Shown here: positions 17,599 to 27,519 of the stretch, one piece after another
Layout of the letters: each line of letters begins with the position of its first letter
Position numbering within the stretch: the first letter of the stretch is position 1
Origin: Oligoflexia bacterium
GTDB taxonomy: Bacteria > Bdellovibrionota > Bacteriovoracia > Bacteriovoracales > Bacteriovoracaceae
NCBI GenBank assembly: GCA_024229115.1
Contig: JAAEST010000044.1
Location: forward strand, 2,999-66,998
Direction of reading: 5' to 3'
DNA: 64,000 nt
Position numbers and translations under genes: made by a program
The notes under the pieces: model-generated
What the model saw: only the letters and a program-made list of their open reading frames with translations
The model's database searches: none
Told to the model about the DNA's origin: nothing

Positions 17599-19168
17599 AG
17601 GTAAAGATCTCAAACTGCTCAATATGATAATGATTTTCAGAACGAATAATCAGAGAGTTTCCAAAAGTCTCTTCTAGAGTTTCAATCATATCCATTTCTT
17701 GATCACAAAGTTTAGCTGTCACTTCAGGATGGGCATAGATATAAACTTTCTTCGTTTCTGGTTTCTGCTTTAACGTCTTAATAAGTTCTCTCACCAACTC
17801 AAAACAAACAGTCATCGTCGACTTCACTTTTCCTGTTCCTTCACAATAAGGACAAGGCTCACACATAATTCTTGTGAGAGTATCTCTCGTTCTCTTTCTC
17901 GTCATTTCGACAAGGCCAAGGCCTGAGATTGGAAGAACATTAGTTTTAGAGCGGTCTTTCTTAAGGGCATCGAGAAGAAGTGAATAAACTTGGTCTCTAT
18001 GCTCTTCTTTTTCCATATCGATGAAATCAATAATAATGATCCCACCACAATTTCTTAAACGTAATTGATAAGCAATTTCTCTAACGGCTTCCAAGTTTGT
18101 TTTAAGAATTGTTTCTTCAAGGTTTTTACGACCGACAAATTTCCCTGTGTTAACATCGATACTTACGAGGGCTTCTGTCTGATCAATATTAAGTGATCCC
18201 CCACTTCTTAAAAAGACTTTATTACTTAGACCTCTTTCAATCTCAATATCAATACTAAACTTCTCAAAAAGAGGAATGTCCTCTGCATAGTGCTCAGTCT
18301 TTCCTTTCATATTAGGAAGGAACTTTCCAGCAAACTTCTCTACTTCCTTTAGGTTGTTTTTATCATCAACAATAATTTTAGAAACATCTTCATCAGTGAT
18401 ATCTCTAAGAACTCTTTGAACAAAAGTTAGGTCGCGATAACAAAGAGATGGAGCTTTTAATGTCTCACCCCTCTTTGAAACCTCTTTCCAAATTTTATTC
18501 ATCATATTGTAGTCGGCCTTAAGAGTTTTATAAGACTGACCTTCAGCAACTGTTCTTGCGATAATACCTTTACCATCAGGGCGAATTGTCTCTAGAATTT
18601 CTTTAAGGCGATCTCTCTCCCCTTCATTCTCAATTCTACGACTCACTCCTGTGTGTTCAATGAATGGCATGAAAACCACATGCCTACCTGCTAGTGTTAC
18701 ATGTCTTGTAACTCGAGGGCCCTTAGTTGAAATTGGTTCCTTGGCCACTTGAACGAGAATCTCATCTCCCTCTTTTAAGAAAGACTCAATTGAAATATCA
18801 GGACGAAAACGCATATTCACGTGATCACTTAAAGTACTGAGCTCATCAGGGATGACTTCTCCTACTCGTGCTCGCTTCTCTAGCTCCGACTTAGTTTTTT
18901 CAGCAATCTCTCTTTGCTCTTCAATAGTTGGAATGTAAGCATCATCTACATAGAGAAAGGCAGCTTTAGTAAAACCAATATCGACGAATGCTGACTGCAT
19001 TCCTGGTAATACTCTTAATACTTTTCCTTTGTAGATATTTCCGACAGACGGGAAATCTTCTTGTTGTTCGGCACCTCTTTCCATCAGGAAATCGAGGATT
19101 TCTCCATTTTCAACAAGAGCTGCTCGACACTCGTTAAGTGTCTTGTTGATAAATAGCTCTTTACTCAT
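17597..19168 (-). CDS. rng: Ribonuclease G/E family (Rne/Rng)
   Basis: S1 domain (GNIYKGKVLRVLPGMQSAFVDIG), a catalytic core (IIIDFIDM), and a Zn-link-like CEPCPYCEGTG. Confidence 0.85.
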   Translation of the reverse strand: MSKELFINKTLNECRAALVENGEILDFLMERGAEQQEDFPSVGNIYKGKVLRVLPGMQSAFVDIGFTKAAFLYVDDAYIPTIEEQREIAEKTKSELEKRARVGEVIPDELSTLSDHVNMRFRPDISIESFLKEGDEILVQVAKEPISTKGPRVTRHVTLAGRHVVFMPFIEHTGVSRRIENEGERDRLKEILETIRPDGKGIIARTVAEGQSYKTLKADYNMMNKIWKEVSKRGETLKAPSLCYRDLTFVQRVLRDITDEDVSKIIVDDKNNLKEVEKFAGKFLPNMKGKTEHYAEDIPLFEKFSIDIEIERGLSNKVFLRSGGSLNIDQTEALVSIDVNTGKFVGRKNLEETILKTNLEAVREIAYQLRLRNCGGIIIIDFIDMEKEEHRDQVYSLLLDALKKDRSKTNVLPISGLGLVEMTRKRTRDTLTRIMCEPCPYCEGTGKVKSTMTVCFELVRELIKTLKQKPETKKVYIYAHPEVTAKLCDQEMDMIETLEETFGNSLIIRSENHYHIEQFEIFT

Positions 19169-19278
19169 TGTAATATCCTAAATTTTTAAATTCTAAATCT
19201 CTTTAATGGTAGCAAATTAGAACATCGCGTTCTAGAGAGAGTGAATTGCCTGCTTAAAACCTGAGAAAAAAACTTTAG

Positions 19279-20493
19279 TTAGATAAAGATCCCAGCAATA
19301 CAGGCAGTCATAAAGCAAGCTAACGTTCCGCCGATCAAAGACTTCACACCTAGCAGGGCCAAGTCTCTTCTTCTTGTCGGGGCTATAGTCCCAATTCCAC
19401 CAATTTGAATGGCGATTGAACTAAAGTTAGCAAAACCACAAAGGGCGTAAGTTGAAATAACGAAACTTCTCTCCCCAATTTTTCCACTGAGGGCCTGAAG
19501 ATCTAAATATGCTACAAATTCATTAATAATTAATTTCTTTCCTAAGAGAGTTCCAACATTCATACAATCTTCCCAAGGAACCCCTAGTAAGAATGCAATT
19601 GGAGCAAATAGGTAACCAGTAATAAGCTCAAGTGAAAGTTGTGGATAATCAAAAAGTCCTCCACCCCAAGAGAGCATACCATTTACAAGTGCAATGAGAG
19701 CGATAAAGGCTAAGAGCATGGCCCCAACATTAAGTGAAAGTTTTAAACCATCACTCGCACCTGTTGCCGCAGCATCGATAATATTTGCTGTTGTCTTTTT
19801 TAATTCTACTTTGACTACACCTTCAGTTTCTGATGACTCAACTTCTGGAACCATAAGCTTGGCACAAACTAAAGCTGCAGGTGCCGACATAACTGAAGCG
19901 GCTAATAAGTGACCGGCGTCAACACCCATCCCTACATAAGCAGCAAGAACTCCCCCAGCAACAGTGGCCATTCCCCCAGTCATCAGGGCCATTAATTCTG
20001 AACGAGTCATCTTATCAATAAATGGTTTAACCACGAGAGGAGCTTCCGTTTGTCCGGCAAAAATATTGGCAGCAGCCGATAGTGATTCAGCCCCACTTGT
20101 CCCCATTACTTTCACCATAACTTTAGCCGTGGCCTTAATTACAATTTGCATGATCCCAATGTGATAAAGAATCGACATTAGTGATGACATAAAAATAATT
20201 GTCGGAAGAACCATCACGAAGAAGATAAATCCCATCTTTGGAACATTCGTGAGATCACCAAAAATAAACTTAGAACCCTCATTGGTATAATTTAAAATTC
20301 CCGTAAAGAACTCACGAGCTCCTTCAAAAACCGCCTGACCTGTAGATGTTTTTAAAATAAGAAGGCCAAATGTAATCTGAAGAAGAATACCAGTCCCTAC
20401 AGTCTTCCAGCGAATATTTTTGCGGTTATCGCTTAAAGCAAAAGCAATCCCAATCATTACAACTAGGCCAATGAGTGAAATAAATCTTTCCAT
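19279..20493 (-). CDS. nupC: NupC/NupG-family concentrative nucleoside transporter
   Basis: A 404-aa polytopic protein with the typical CNT layout and motifs (GFIFFVMVLPTIIF, GFANFSSIAIQIGG). Confidence 0.85.
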   Translation of the reverse strand: MERFISLIGLVVMIGIAFALSDNRKNIRWKTVGTGILLQITFGLLILKTSTGQAVFEGAREFFTGILNYTNEGSKFIFGDLTNVPKMGFIFFVMVLPTIIFMSSLMSILYHIGIMQIVIKATAKVMVKVMGTSGAESLSAAANIFAGQTEAPLVVKPFIDKMTRSELMALMTGGMATVAGGVLAAYVGMGVDAGHLLAASVMSAPAALVCAKLMVPEVESSETEGVVKVELKKTTANIIDAAATGASDGLKLSLNVGAMLLAFIALIALVNGMLSWGGGLFDYPQLSLELITGYLFAPIAFLLGVPWEDCMNVGTLLGKKLIINEFVAYLDLQALSGKIGERSFVISTYALCGFANFSSIAIQIGGIGTIAPTRRRDLALLGVKSLIGGTLACFMTACIAGIFI

Positions 20494-20510
20494 GGAGGTT
20501 CCTTAAATTT

Positions 20511-20930
20511 TTAGAATGTGAAGTTGTATCCAACTTGAACTGGTGAAGAACTAAAAGAATTTAGATTTGAATGAGAGTTCTTATGCCAAGATAGTCTCTC
20601 TTTCGTATTAAAATCTTTAGGATTAAAACTATATCCACTTTCATAAAGATTTTGAGATTTTGTTGCTTGTTGCCATGCCACAATCCCAACACCAATAATA
20701 ATCCCAACAGCTCCACCAACAACAATGTTTTTTAAATGGTCTTTCGGCTCTTCAACAAATGATAGTGTTGAAAGACCTAGAACAGCTCCAGCTGTCCCCA
20801 TGGCCGCAACAGTGAGAATGTCACGCATAGATTCTTGAAGTATATCCTCACTTCCAGCTGCCGCTTGTGCTTTTGCCACAGGACTAACTAAAAAACATAG
20901 AAGTGAAAATGTAAGTAAAATCTTTTTCAT
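20511..20930 (-). CDS. Small secreted glycine-zipper protein, possibly outer-membrane
   Basis: I moved the start to the ATG at 20930, which has GGGAG 5 nt upstream. It has a signal peptide (MKKILLTFSLLCFLVSPVAKA), a glycine zipper (GGAVGIIIGVGIV), and a C-terminal ...YNFTF. Confidence 0.5.
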   Translation of the reverse strand: MKKILLTFSLLCFLVSPVAKAQAAAGSEDILQESMRDILTVAAMGTAGAVLGLSTLSFVEEPKDHLKNIVVGGAVGIIIGVGIVAWQQATKSQNLYESGYSFNPKDFNTKERLSWHKNSHSNLNSFSSSPVQVGYNFTF

Positions 20931-21044
20931 GCAGGCTCCCATTATTACGCTGCGTTTCTTTTAGAATAAGAATAACTCTACTAAAACTATTAAGTTTTTT
21001 TCCTAATGAGTCAAGGAGCGCGGTCTCCCTAAGGACGTAAAAAG

Positions 21045-22367
21045 ATGTTAAGTGCCTACAAAATAATAGCTAAGAAAAGAGATGGTTTAGAACTAAGCCA
21101 AGAAGAAATTAAGTGGTTCCTAGAGGGCCTTATTGCCGGAGAGGTGGCCGACTATCAAATGTCTGCCCTTTTGATGGCCATTTACCTCCAAGGGATGACG
21201 ACTTCTGAAACAGCAGCTCTGACAGACTGTATGCTCTATTCTGGAGAAGTTCTCGAGTTCACAGATGACACTATTATCGACAAGCACTCAACTGGTGGAG
21301 TTGGAGATAAGACTAGCTTTATCTTGGCCCCTATCGCTGCTGCTTGTGGCGTAAAAGTTCCTATGATCGCGGGACGTGGTCTCGGCCATACTGGTGGAAC
21401 CGTTGATAAAATTGAAGCCGTCAAAGGTTTCAAGACAGATCTTGGCCTCAAGTTTTTTAAGAAACAATTAATGGAAAACTCTGTTGTCCTCATTGGGCAA
21501 ACTGGAGAAATCGCCCCTGCTGATAAACGACTTTATGCTCTTAGAGATGTGACAGCAACGATCGAAAGTATTCCTCTTATCACAGCGTCGATTATGAGTA
21601 AGAAGCTTGCTGAAGGTGCTCGTGGAATCGTCATGGATATAAAATATGGCAACGGTGCTTTCATGAAGAAAAAGTCCGATGCTAAAAAGCTTGCTACAAG
21701 TATTCGTCAGACTGGACTTCGTTTCGACAGAAATATGATGACTGTTCTTACTGATATGAACCAACCATTAGGTTTTGCTGTTGGAAATAGTATTGAGCTT
21801 ATTGAATGTGTTGAAGTTCTTAAAGGAAAAGGTCCTAAGGATCTTATTGATTGCTCAATTCATTTGGCCGCGGGAATGATTCATATCGCAGGTCTTGCCA
21901 GTACGATGGCGAAGGCCAAGACGATGGCCAAGAAAGTGGTTAAAAATGGAGAAGCGTTAAAGAAGTTTAGAGAACTTATTGAGCTACAAGGTGGAGACAG
22001 CAGCTTTATCGATGATTACAAAAAGCTCCCTCTGGCCAAGAATATTTATCAAGTGAAAGCACCTGCCGCTGGCTACTTAAAGTCAGTTGATAATACTCAA
22101 CTAGGTCTTCATTGTGTTTCACTTGGTGGTGGACGAATGAAGAAAGAAGATAAGATCGACTTCGGCGTAGGATTCTATTTCTATAAAAAGCTCGGTCAGA
22201 AAATAAAGAAGGGTGAAGTTATTGCTGAGATTTATCACAATGACGAGCAAATCAAATTAGTCGAAGATATCGCTGAACTTATGGTTACAAGAGATATGAA
22301 ACTTTCGAAAACAAAACCAAAAGTTGGTGACCTAATCGACGAAACTAAAATTAGCTGGAGAAAGTAA
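21045..22367 (+). CDS. deoA: Thymidine/pyrimidine-nucleoside phosphorylase
   Basis: DKHSTGGVGDKTS and GRGLGHTGGTVDK motifs; 440 aa. Confidence 0.9.
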   Translation: MLSAYKIIAKKRDGLELSQEEIKWFLEGLIAGEVADYQMSALLMAIYLQGMTTSETAALTDCMLYSGEVLEFTDDTIIDKHSTGGVGDKTSFILAPIAAACGVKVPMIAGRGLGHTGGTVDKIEAVKGFKTDLGLKFFKKQLMENSVVLIGQTGEIAPADKRLYALRDVTATIESIPLITASIMSKKLAEGARGIVMDIKYGNGAFMKKKSDAKKLATSIRQTGLRFDRNMMTVLTDMNQPLGFAVGNSIELIECVEVLKGKGPKDLIDCSIHLAAGMIHIAGLASTMAKAKTMAKKVVKNGEALKKFRELIELQGGDSSFIDDYKKLPLAKNIYQVKAPAAGYLKSVDNTQLGLHCVSLGGGRMKKEDKIDFGVGFYFYKKLGQKIKKGEVIAEIYHNDEQIKLVEDIAELMVTRDMKLSKTKPKVGDLIDETKISWRK

Positions 22368-23203
22368 TGAATCAAACGGATGTGATTTTAAATAATCTTA
22401 TCGAATCAGTTAAATATATTCAGGATAAAATTTCTGAAGTCCCTAAAACAGCTGTTGTGCTAGGAAGTGGGCTTGGACTTTTTGCCGACAAAATCGAAGA
22501 CAAAGTTGTTATTCCTTATGCTGAAATTCCTCACTTCTTTGGAACAACTGTAAAAGGTCATAAAGGGCAATTTGTTTGTGGCAAGATTGACGGAACTCCA
22601 GTCATAGCTATGCAAGGAAGAATTCATCGTTATGAAGGACATGAGCAATACGAAGTTGTTCACCCAGTAAGAACTCTTGCCAAGCTTGGTGTAGAAAATA
22701 TTATTTTAACGAATGCTTCAGGCGGAATAAACGAAGCCTATAAGCCAGGTGAATTGGTTATCATTGAAGACCATATTAACCTTACTGGGAATAACCCACT
22801 TCTTGGTCCAAATATTGAAGAATTTGGTCCTCGCTTCCCTGATATGTCAGAAACATATAATAAAGAAATAATCACATTTATTAAAAAAGCAGCGAAAGAC
22901 TTAGGGACAGATATTAAAACTGGAATTTATGCTGGAGTTCTTGGTCCAACTTATGAAACACCTGCAGAAGTGAGAATGCTCAAGACAGTTGGTGGAGATA
23001 TGGTAGGTATGAGTACTGTTCCAGAGGCAATCGCAGCCAACCATATGGGCGTTAAGTTAGGTGGAATAAGCTGTATTACTAATATGGCCGCAGGTATTGA
23101 AAAAGGGAAACTGAGCCACGACGACATTAAAGATCAGGCGAATAAGGCCATGGAATTCTTTGTAAACCTATTAACTAAAACAGTTGGTTATTTAAATTCG
23201 TAA
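22367..23203 (+). CDS. punA: Purine nucleoside phosphorylase (trimeric PNP/PunA/XapA family)
   Basis: VLGSGLG, GRIHRYEG and GDMVGMSTVPEAI motifs. It overlaps deoA by 1 nt (TAATG). Confidence 0.85.
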   Translation: MNQTDVILNNLIESVKYIQDKISEVPKTAVVLGSGLGLFADKIEDKVVIPYAEIPHFFGTTVKGHKGQFVCGKIDGTPVIAMQGRIHRYEGHEQYEVVHPVRTLAKLGVENIILTNASGGINEAYKPGELVIIEDHINLTGNNPLLGPNIEEFGPRFPDMSETYNKEIITFIKKAAKDLGTDIKTGIYAGVLGPTYETPAEVRMLKTVGGDMVGMSTVPEAIAANHMGVKLGGISCITNMAAGIEKGKLSHDDIKDQANKAMEFFVNLLTKTVGYLNS

Positions 23204-23301
23204 ACTAGGAAAATTATTTTAAGTATATTTATTTTTCCTAATGCATTAAAATAAATCTACTGATTCAAAACTATCGAGCGAATGTTCGAAGCAGGTAATA
23301 A

Positions 23302-24657
23302 ATGAATAAATTATTTGAAAGACATCCAGAATCCTATCAATTATTAAATGACTTATCTTTTTGTGTATTTGACCTTGAAACAACAGGTGGAAACCACAAA
23401 AACGATAAGATCATTGAAATCGGATTAGTAAAAATTAAGAATCTTGAAATTGTTGAGAAAAAAGATTTTCTTATTAATCCAGAAATTAAAATTCCAGAAT
23501 TTATTCAAAAGCTAACCAATATTAAGCAAGCTGATGTTGAAGATGCACAAACCATTGAAGAAGTTATTGATGAGATTGTTGAGTTTATGGGCGACTCTAT
23601 TCTCGTGGCACATAATATTTCTTTTGATGTTCCCTTCTTTAACTCTGTCCTAAGAAGATTAAAGAAGAAGGAATTAGAAAACAAAAGTCTTTGTACTAAC
23701 TTAATGACGAAATATCTGATTCCAGATCTTCTTAATAGTAATTTAAATTATATGAGTAGAATTTTTGGAATTCGCCACAAGAAAGCTCACCGAGCATTAG
23801 ATGATGCCTTAGCGACGGCAGAACTATTGATTAAATATCTTCATATTTATATTAGTAAAAATATTTCGAAAATAAATCATCTCTACTATCCAAGAAATAG
23901 ATTTGAACTAGATCGTTTCCACTTTAAAAGCGATGCTGGAGACATAGAGCAATTAGATGATATCTTAGAGAAACTTGGAAAGGTAAAGACAAGCCATCTT
24001 GTAACACTTAAAGGTGAAAATGGAGTAATCCTCTTTTCTCTTCCTTGTGTTGGGCACCCTGATGAAAAGAGGTTTATATCAGAAAAAGTTCGTGAACTTC
24101 CTTGGAAAACGACAACGATTAAAATTTTTGGTCCATTTATAGAAACACTTGTTAAGTATAATAACCTCTATACTAAAATTGACCCGGCCTTAAGAGGTGA
24201 AATTTTCCAATTTCTTTGGAAAACTCACCTTCCAGATAGAAAAATGCCACCAAGAGAAGCAGACCTCATGAATGAGAAAGTTCTTACACGTGAGTTTGGA
24301 GACTTCTTAATTGTTAATCATTTAGTTCCAGAGCAAATGATTGTTTATCCAGTGCAGGCCATGCATGTCAAAATGCAACTTGTCTTCAGGTATCCAGGTC
24401 ATAAGAAAAAGCTTCTCCAGTTCATTAACTCAAAGTCTCAGAGACTAAGTAATAACAAATTGAAAGCTGCTCATTATCATCCACTGTTAAAAAACTTCAT
24501 TGATAACTATCTTCTCGATGTAAAAGAAAAAGAAGGTGATATTTTTATATTTAAGAAATCACTGCCGATGCAAAAACCTGAAGATTTTATTAATATCTTA
24601 AATGAATTTTTAGCGAAGCATCCAAATCCCAATAAATACCCCAAAGAGTATATTTAG
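23302..24657 (+). CDS. DEDDh 3'-5' exonuclease (DnaQ/epsilon-like) fused to an unknown C-terminal domain of about 270 aa
   Basis: Exo I FCVFDLETTGG, Exo II VAHNISFDVPFF, Exo III HRALDDALATAEL. I do not recognise the remainder. Confidence 0.75.
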   Translation: MNKLFERHPESYQLLNDLSFCVFDLETTGGNHKNDKIIEIGLVKIKNLEIVEKKDFLINPEIKIPEFIQKLTNIKQADVEDAQTIEEVIDEIVEFMGDSILVAHNISFDVPFFNSVLRRLKKKELENKSLCTNLMTKYLIPDLLNSNLNYMSRIFGIRHKKAHRALDDALATAELLIKYLHIYISKNISKINHLYYPRNRFELDRFHFKSDAGDIEQLDDILEKLGKVKTSHLVTLKGENGVILFSLPCVGHPDEKRFISEKVRELPWKTTTIKIFGPFIETLVKYNNLYTKIDPALRGEIFQFLWKTHLPDRKMPPREADLMNEKVLTREFGDFLIVNHLVPEQMIVYPVQAMHVKMQLVFRYPGHKKKLLQFINSKSQRLSNNKLKAAHYHPLLKNFIDNYLLDVKEKEGDIFIFKKSLPMQKPEDFINILNEFLAKHPNPNKYPKEYI

Positions 24658-24981
24658 AGAGAGTACAAGTCCTGCTTCAAGAAAGTTACCAGACTTTAAA
24701 AGATCAACTATTTCGAAAGCAAAAGCAGAAAAAGTCGTTAAGCTACTTATAAGACCTATCTTTATTAGAAAATTCATTTCTCTTGTATGAAAATGAGCAA
24801 ACTTCACCCCAAAATAAAGAGCAATACAGCCGATGATATTTACAAAAAGTGTGCCCGCCCAGGCTTTCTGGGTAAACTGAACCACAATAACTGAGAGCAA
24901 GAAGCGTAAAGTGGCTCCAATACCACCACCAAGAAAAACCAGAGGAATATATTGGATAAGACCTTTCACAGTAATTTCCAA
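24610..24981 (-). CDS. crcB: Fluoride ion channel CrcB/FluC
   Basis: 123 aa with four hydrophobic helices and GGGIGATLRF near the N-terminus. It overlaps the upstream HK-like gene by 16 nt. Confidence 0.85.
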   Translation of the reverse strand: MEITVKGLIQYIPLVFLGGGIGATLRFLLSVIVVQFTQKAWAGTLFVNIIGCIALYFGVKFAHFHTREMNFLIKIGLISSLTTFSAFAFEIVDLLKSGNFLEAGLVLSLNILFGVFIGIWMLR

Positions 24982-26594
24982 TCACTTAAAATAATCTTTC
25001 CATATTGAAATTCTAAGAAAAGACCTTCCCTTTCCAAAAGATATTGAATCAATTTAGAACTTTTAATACTGTCTAAAACTTTAATTTGCTTGGTAAATGA
25101 GATCTCAATCTTTCTTTCAAGTTCAGTAATTTTGGCCTTGAGAAGGTTTCCAGTATTTTCGATTAAACGATAGTGACCAAATTGAGTAAGAACCTCACTA
25201 AAGAGTAAGTAGAAAATCATCGACGACATCGATGGATTAACATCTTTTCCAAATCGTCCTTCGCCGACATATTCAAAATCAAGCTTCATATTATTTTCAA
25301 CCATCCTAGCTCTGAGAAGTTCAATCGCCTGCTCTACCGAATAAGAGAGCTTTCCAGATGAGACTTCACCTTCTCTAGCACGAGAAAAACCTAAGAAAAT
25401 TTGTACTAAATTTTTACAACGAGTGGCCCCTTCTTTCATCTCACTTAGGGCCTGTTGTTCATCTTCTTCCCAATCTTCTAATTCTAATAGGGTAATCGCC
25501 GCCAGAATTCCCGCCAAAGGATTATTAAGTTCATGGGCAATTGAACTAGAAATAATACCCAGTTCCTCATTCGTCACTTGTCTCATTATTGATTCATCAT
25601 TTTCATTAAGTGAGTCATAAATAAAAACAAAGAGAAGAAGTCCCTCTGGATTAATGATTCTTTTTACTTGAAAGACTTTACCATTTCTCTCTAAGTGATC
25701 TCCATTTTCAAGGCTGAGACATTCTTTAGGTAGAATATTGGTCTTACTAAAATGAGAGTTATGAAGAAGGACATCACCCTTTTGAGACATCAGAACAAGT
25801 GGATATGGAAGAGAATTAAATGGCTCTTCCCATAGATCGATACCTTCTTTTTCAATAGTCATTGAGTCAAAAATATAATTGATTCTTTGGAGGAGCTCAA
25901 AGAGAAAGAGAATAAAGATATTCTCATCACTATCTTGATAGTTTGAAATAATTAAATATGTATCGTGTTCAACATCAGTCAGAGGAAAAACAATCTGATT
26001 ATTAGAGTATATTTCTCCCCAATCAATTTCACTTTCCATTTTATAGTAGAACTTAAGCGATGTTTTAAATTGAGAACAGAAATCCTTAATTAGCTTTTTT
26101 ACTTGCTGAATATTCTTCAAAGTAGAAATCTGAGCCTCAGATGCTTCAAAGATTTTCACTTGCTCTTGAAGTGCTTCTCCTTGATCTAATAGCTTAATCG
26201 TTCTTCGCTTCACTCTTTCAGTCAACTCAAAGCATTGTTGCTTGAAATAGTCTTCAATGAACTGTTTTTGAGCATTCTTATAATAAGGAAGTTCTTCATG
26301 ACAGAACTTTTCAATATTATCTATCTTTATAATATTTGGAAGAGGATGATCACAGGCCTTATCCGTTACCATTATTGGACAGTGACGATATTCTTCTTCG
26401 AAAATTTTCTTATTATCAACTCTTGTAATATCACTAACAAAAATAAAGTGCCTATCTCCTTCTTTTCCTTGTGGAAAAGAGGAAAGTGAAAAAGTATTTT
26501 CGGAGAATAAAGATTCAATTGATGATTGAGTTTCTTCATCAAAGTAATAAATGTCTTTACGACCTAAATGTGAATCAAATAACCCTAAATCCAA
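24966..26594 (-). CDS. Cytoplasmic histidine-kinase-like protein (H-box present, ATPase motifs degenerate)
   Basis: It has a DHp H-box (SSIAHELNNPLAGI). I found no N-box Asn, DxGxG or GxGxGL motif downstream of it. It uses a TTG start 2 nt after the M23 gene stop. Confidence 0.65.
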   Translation of the reverse strand: MDLGLFDSHLGRKDIYYFDEETQSSIESLFSENTFSLSSFPQGKEGDRHFIFVSDITRVDNKKIFEEEYRHCPIMVTDKACDHPLPNIIKIDNIEKFCHEELPYYKNAQKQFIEDYFKQQCFELTERVKRRTIKLLDQGEALQEQVKIFEASEAQISTLKNIQQVKKLIKDFCSQFKTSLKFYYKMESEIDWGEIYSNNQIVFPLTDVEHDTYLIISNYQDSDENIFILFLFELLQRINYIFDSMTIEKEGIDLWEEPFNSLPYPLVLMSQKGDVLLHNSHFSKTNILPKECLSLENGDHLERNGKVFQVKRIINPEGLLLFVFIYDSLNENDESIMRQVTNEELGIISSSIAHELNNPLAGILAAITLLELEDWEEDEQQALSEMKEGATRCKNLVQIFLGFSRAREGEVSSGKLSYSVEQAIELLRARMVENNMKLDFEYVGEGRFGKDVNPSMSSMIFYLLFSEVLTQFGHYRLIENTGNLLKAKITELERKIEISFTKQIKVLDSIKSSKLIQYLLEREGLFLEFQYGKIILSDWKLL

Positions 26595-26595
26595 C

Positions 26596-27519
26596 TTATT
26601 TTTCTTCTAAAAAAAGACTATTTTCAACGAGAGACTCTCCATTAATGGCCTGTCCATTAACAGTAACACCCCAATGAAGATGCGGTCCCGTTACTCTTCC
26701 TGTTGCCCCAGCAAGCCCGATCACAGTACCCAGAGGAACTCTCTCCCCTTCCGAAACCATTAGTTTACTTAAATGAGCATAGATAGTGAAAATATCGAGA
26801 CCATGATCAATTACGACAGTATATCCGGTATAGAAAAGATCCCTCGCAATTACGACCTTACCCGTATTGGAAGCCTTAATAGGAGTTCCTACAGCAGCCC
26901 TATAATCAACCCCTAAATGAGAAGATTTTTTCTTTCCATTATAAACTCTTTGAGTTCCATACTCACTTGTCTTTACAGCTTCGATAGGAAGTTGAAATGA
27001 GTATTCAAAATATGGTCGAGCGGGGCTCGAGGCATAGATTTTATCTTTGAATTTTCTCTCTTTTGCTACAATCGCTTGATCTTTTTTACTTAAGAAAACT
27101 CTCTTCTTATCGACATAAATTCTTTCCGCTGGGTATTTCTTATCAAGAACATTAAATGTCGTGACTAAATAATCGATTCCATTAACAATCCAAAAGCAAT
27201 TGATCTGCTTAACTTTACTATTAAAGTAACCCGCTGAAACAAATCCAACATAAGCTTGTTGACGATAAAATGTTTTAATCTTCTTATCATTACAGCTTAA
27301 GTATCCCGGCATCTCAGGAATAAGAACTTCTACAAAATTAGATTCACCACGAAATACTTCTTTGGTCATGGCCGAGTATTTTTCAAGATATTGTAAATCA
27401 TCTGAATTTACTTCTGATTTAATTTCTGTCGAGCTTTGATCATTTGAAATTGATCTCTTTGTAAAAAGTGAACAACTTGTTATAAAAAATGTGAGCAATA
27501 CAACAATTATTGTCTGCAT
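26596..27519 (-). CDS. M23/LytM-family metallopeptidase (lipoprotein)
   Basis: Lipobox FITSC. Zinc motifs are HLGVDYRAAVGTPI and GPHLHWGV. Confidence 0.85.
   Translation of the reverse strand: MQTIIVVLLTFFITSCSLFTKRSISNDQSSTEIKSEVNSDDLQYLEKYSAMTKEVFRGESNFVEVLIPEMPGYLSCNDKKIKTFYRQQAYVGFVSAGYFNSKVKQINCFWIVNGIDYLVTTFNVLDKKYPAERIYVDKKRVFLSKKDQAIVAKERKFKDKIYASSPARPYFEYSFQLPIEAVKTSEYGTQRVYNGKKKSSHLGVDYRAAVGTPIKASNTGKVVIARDLFYTGYTVVIDHGLDIFTIYAHLSKLMVSEGERVPLGTVIGLAGATGRVTGPHLHWGVTVNGQAINGESLVENSLFLEEK

Noticed and set aside
24982-25100. I looked for a fluoride (crcB-motif) riboswitch upstream of crcB.
   Set aside because: crcB overlaps the preceding HK-like gene by 16 nt, so there is no leader in which a riboswitch could sit. 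If a fluoride riboswitch regulates this operon, it would have to be much further upstream, and I saw no candidate.
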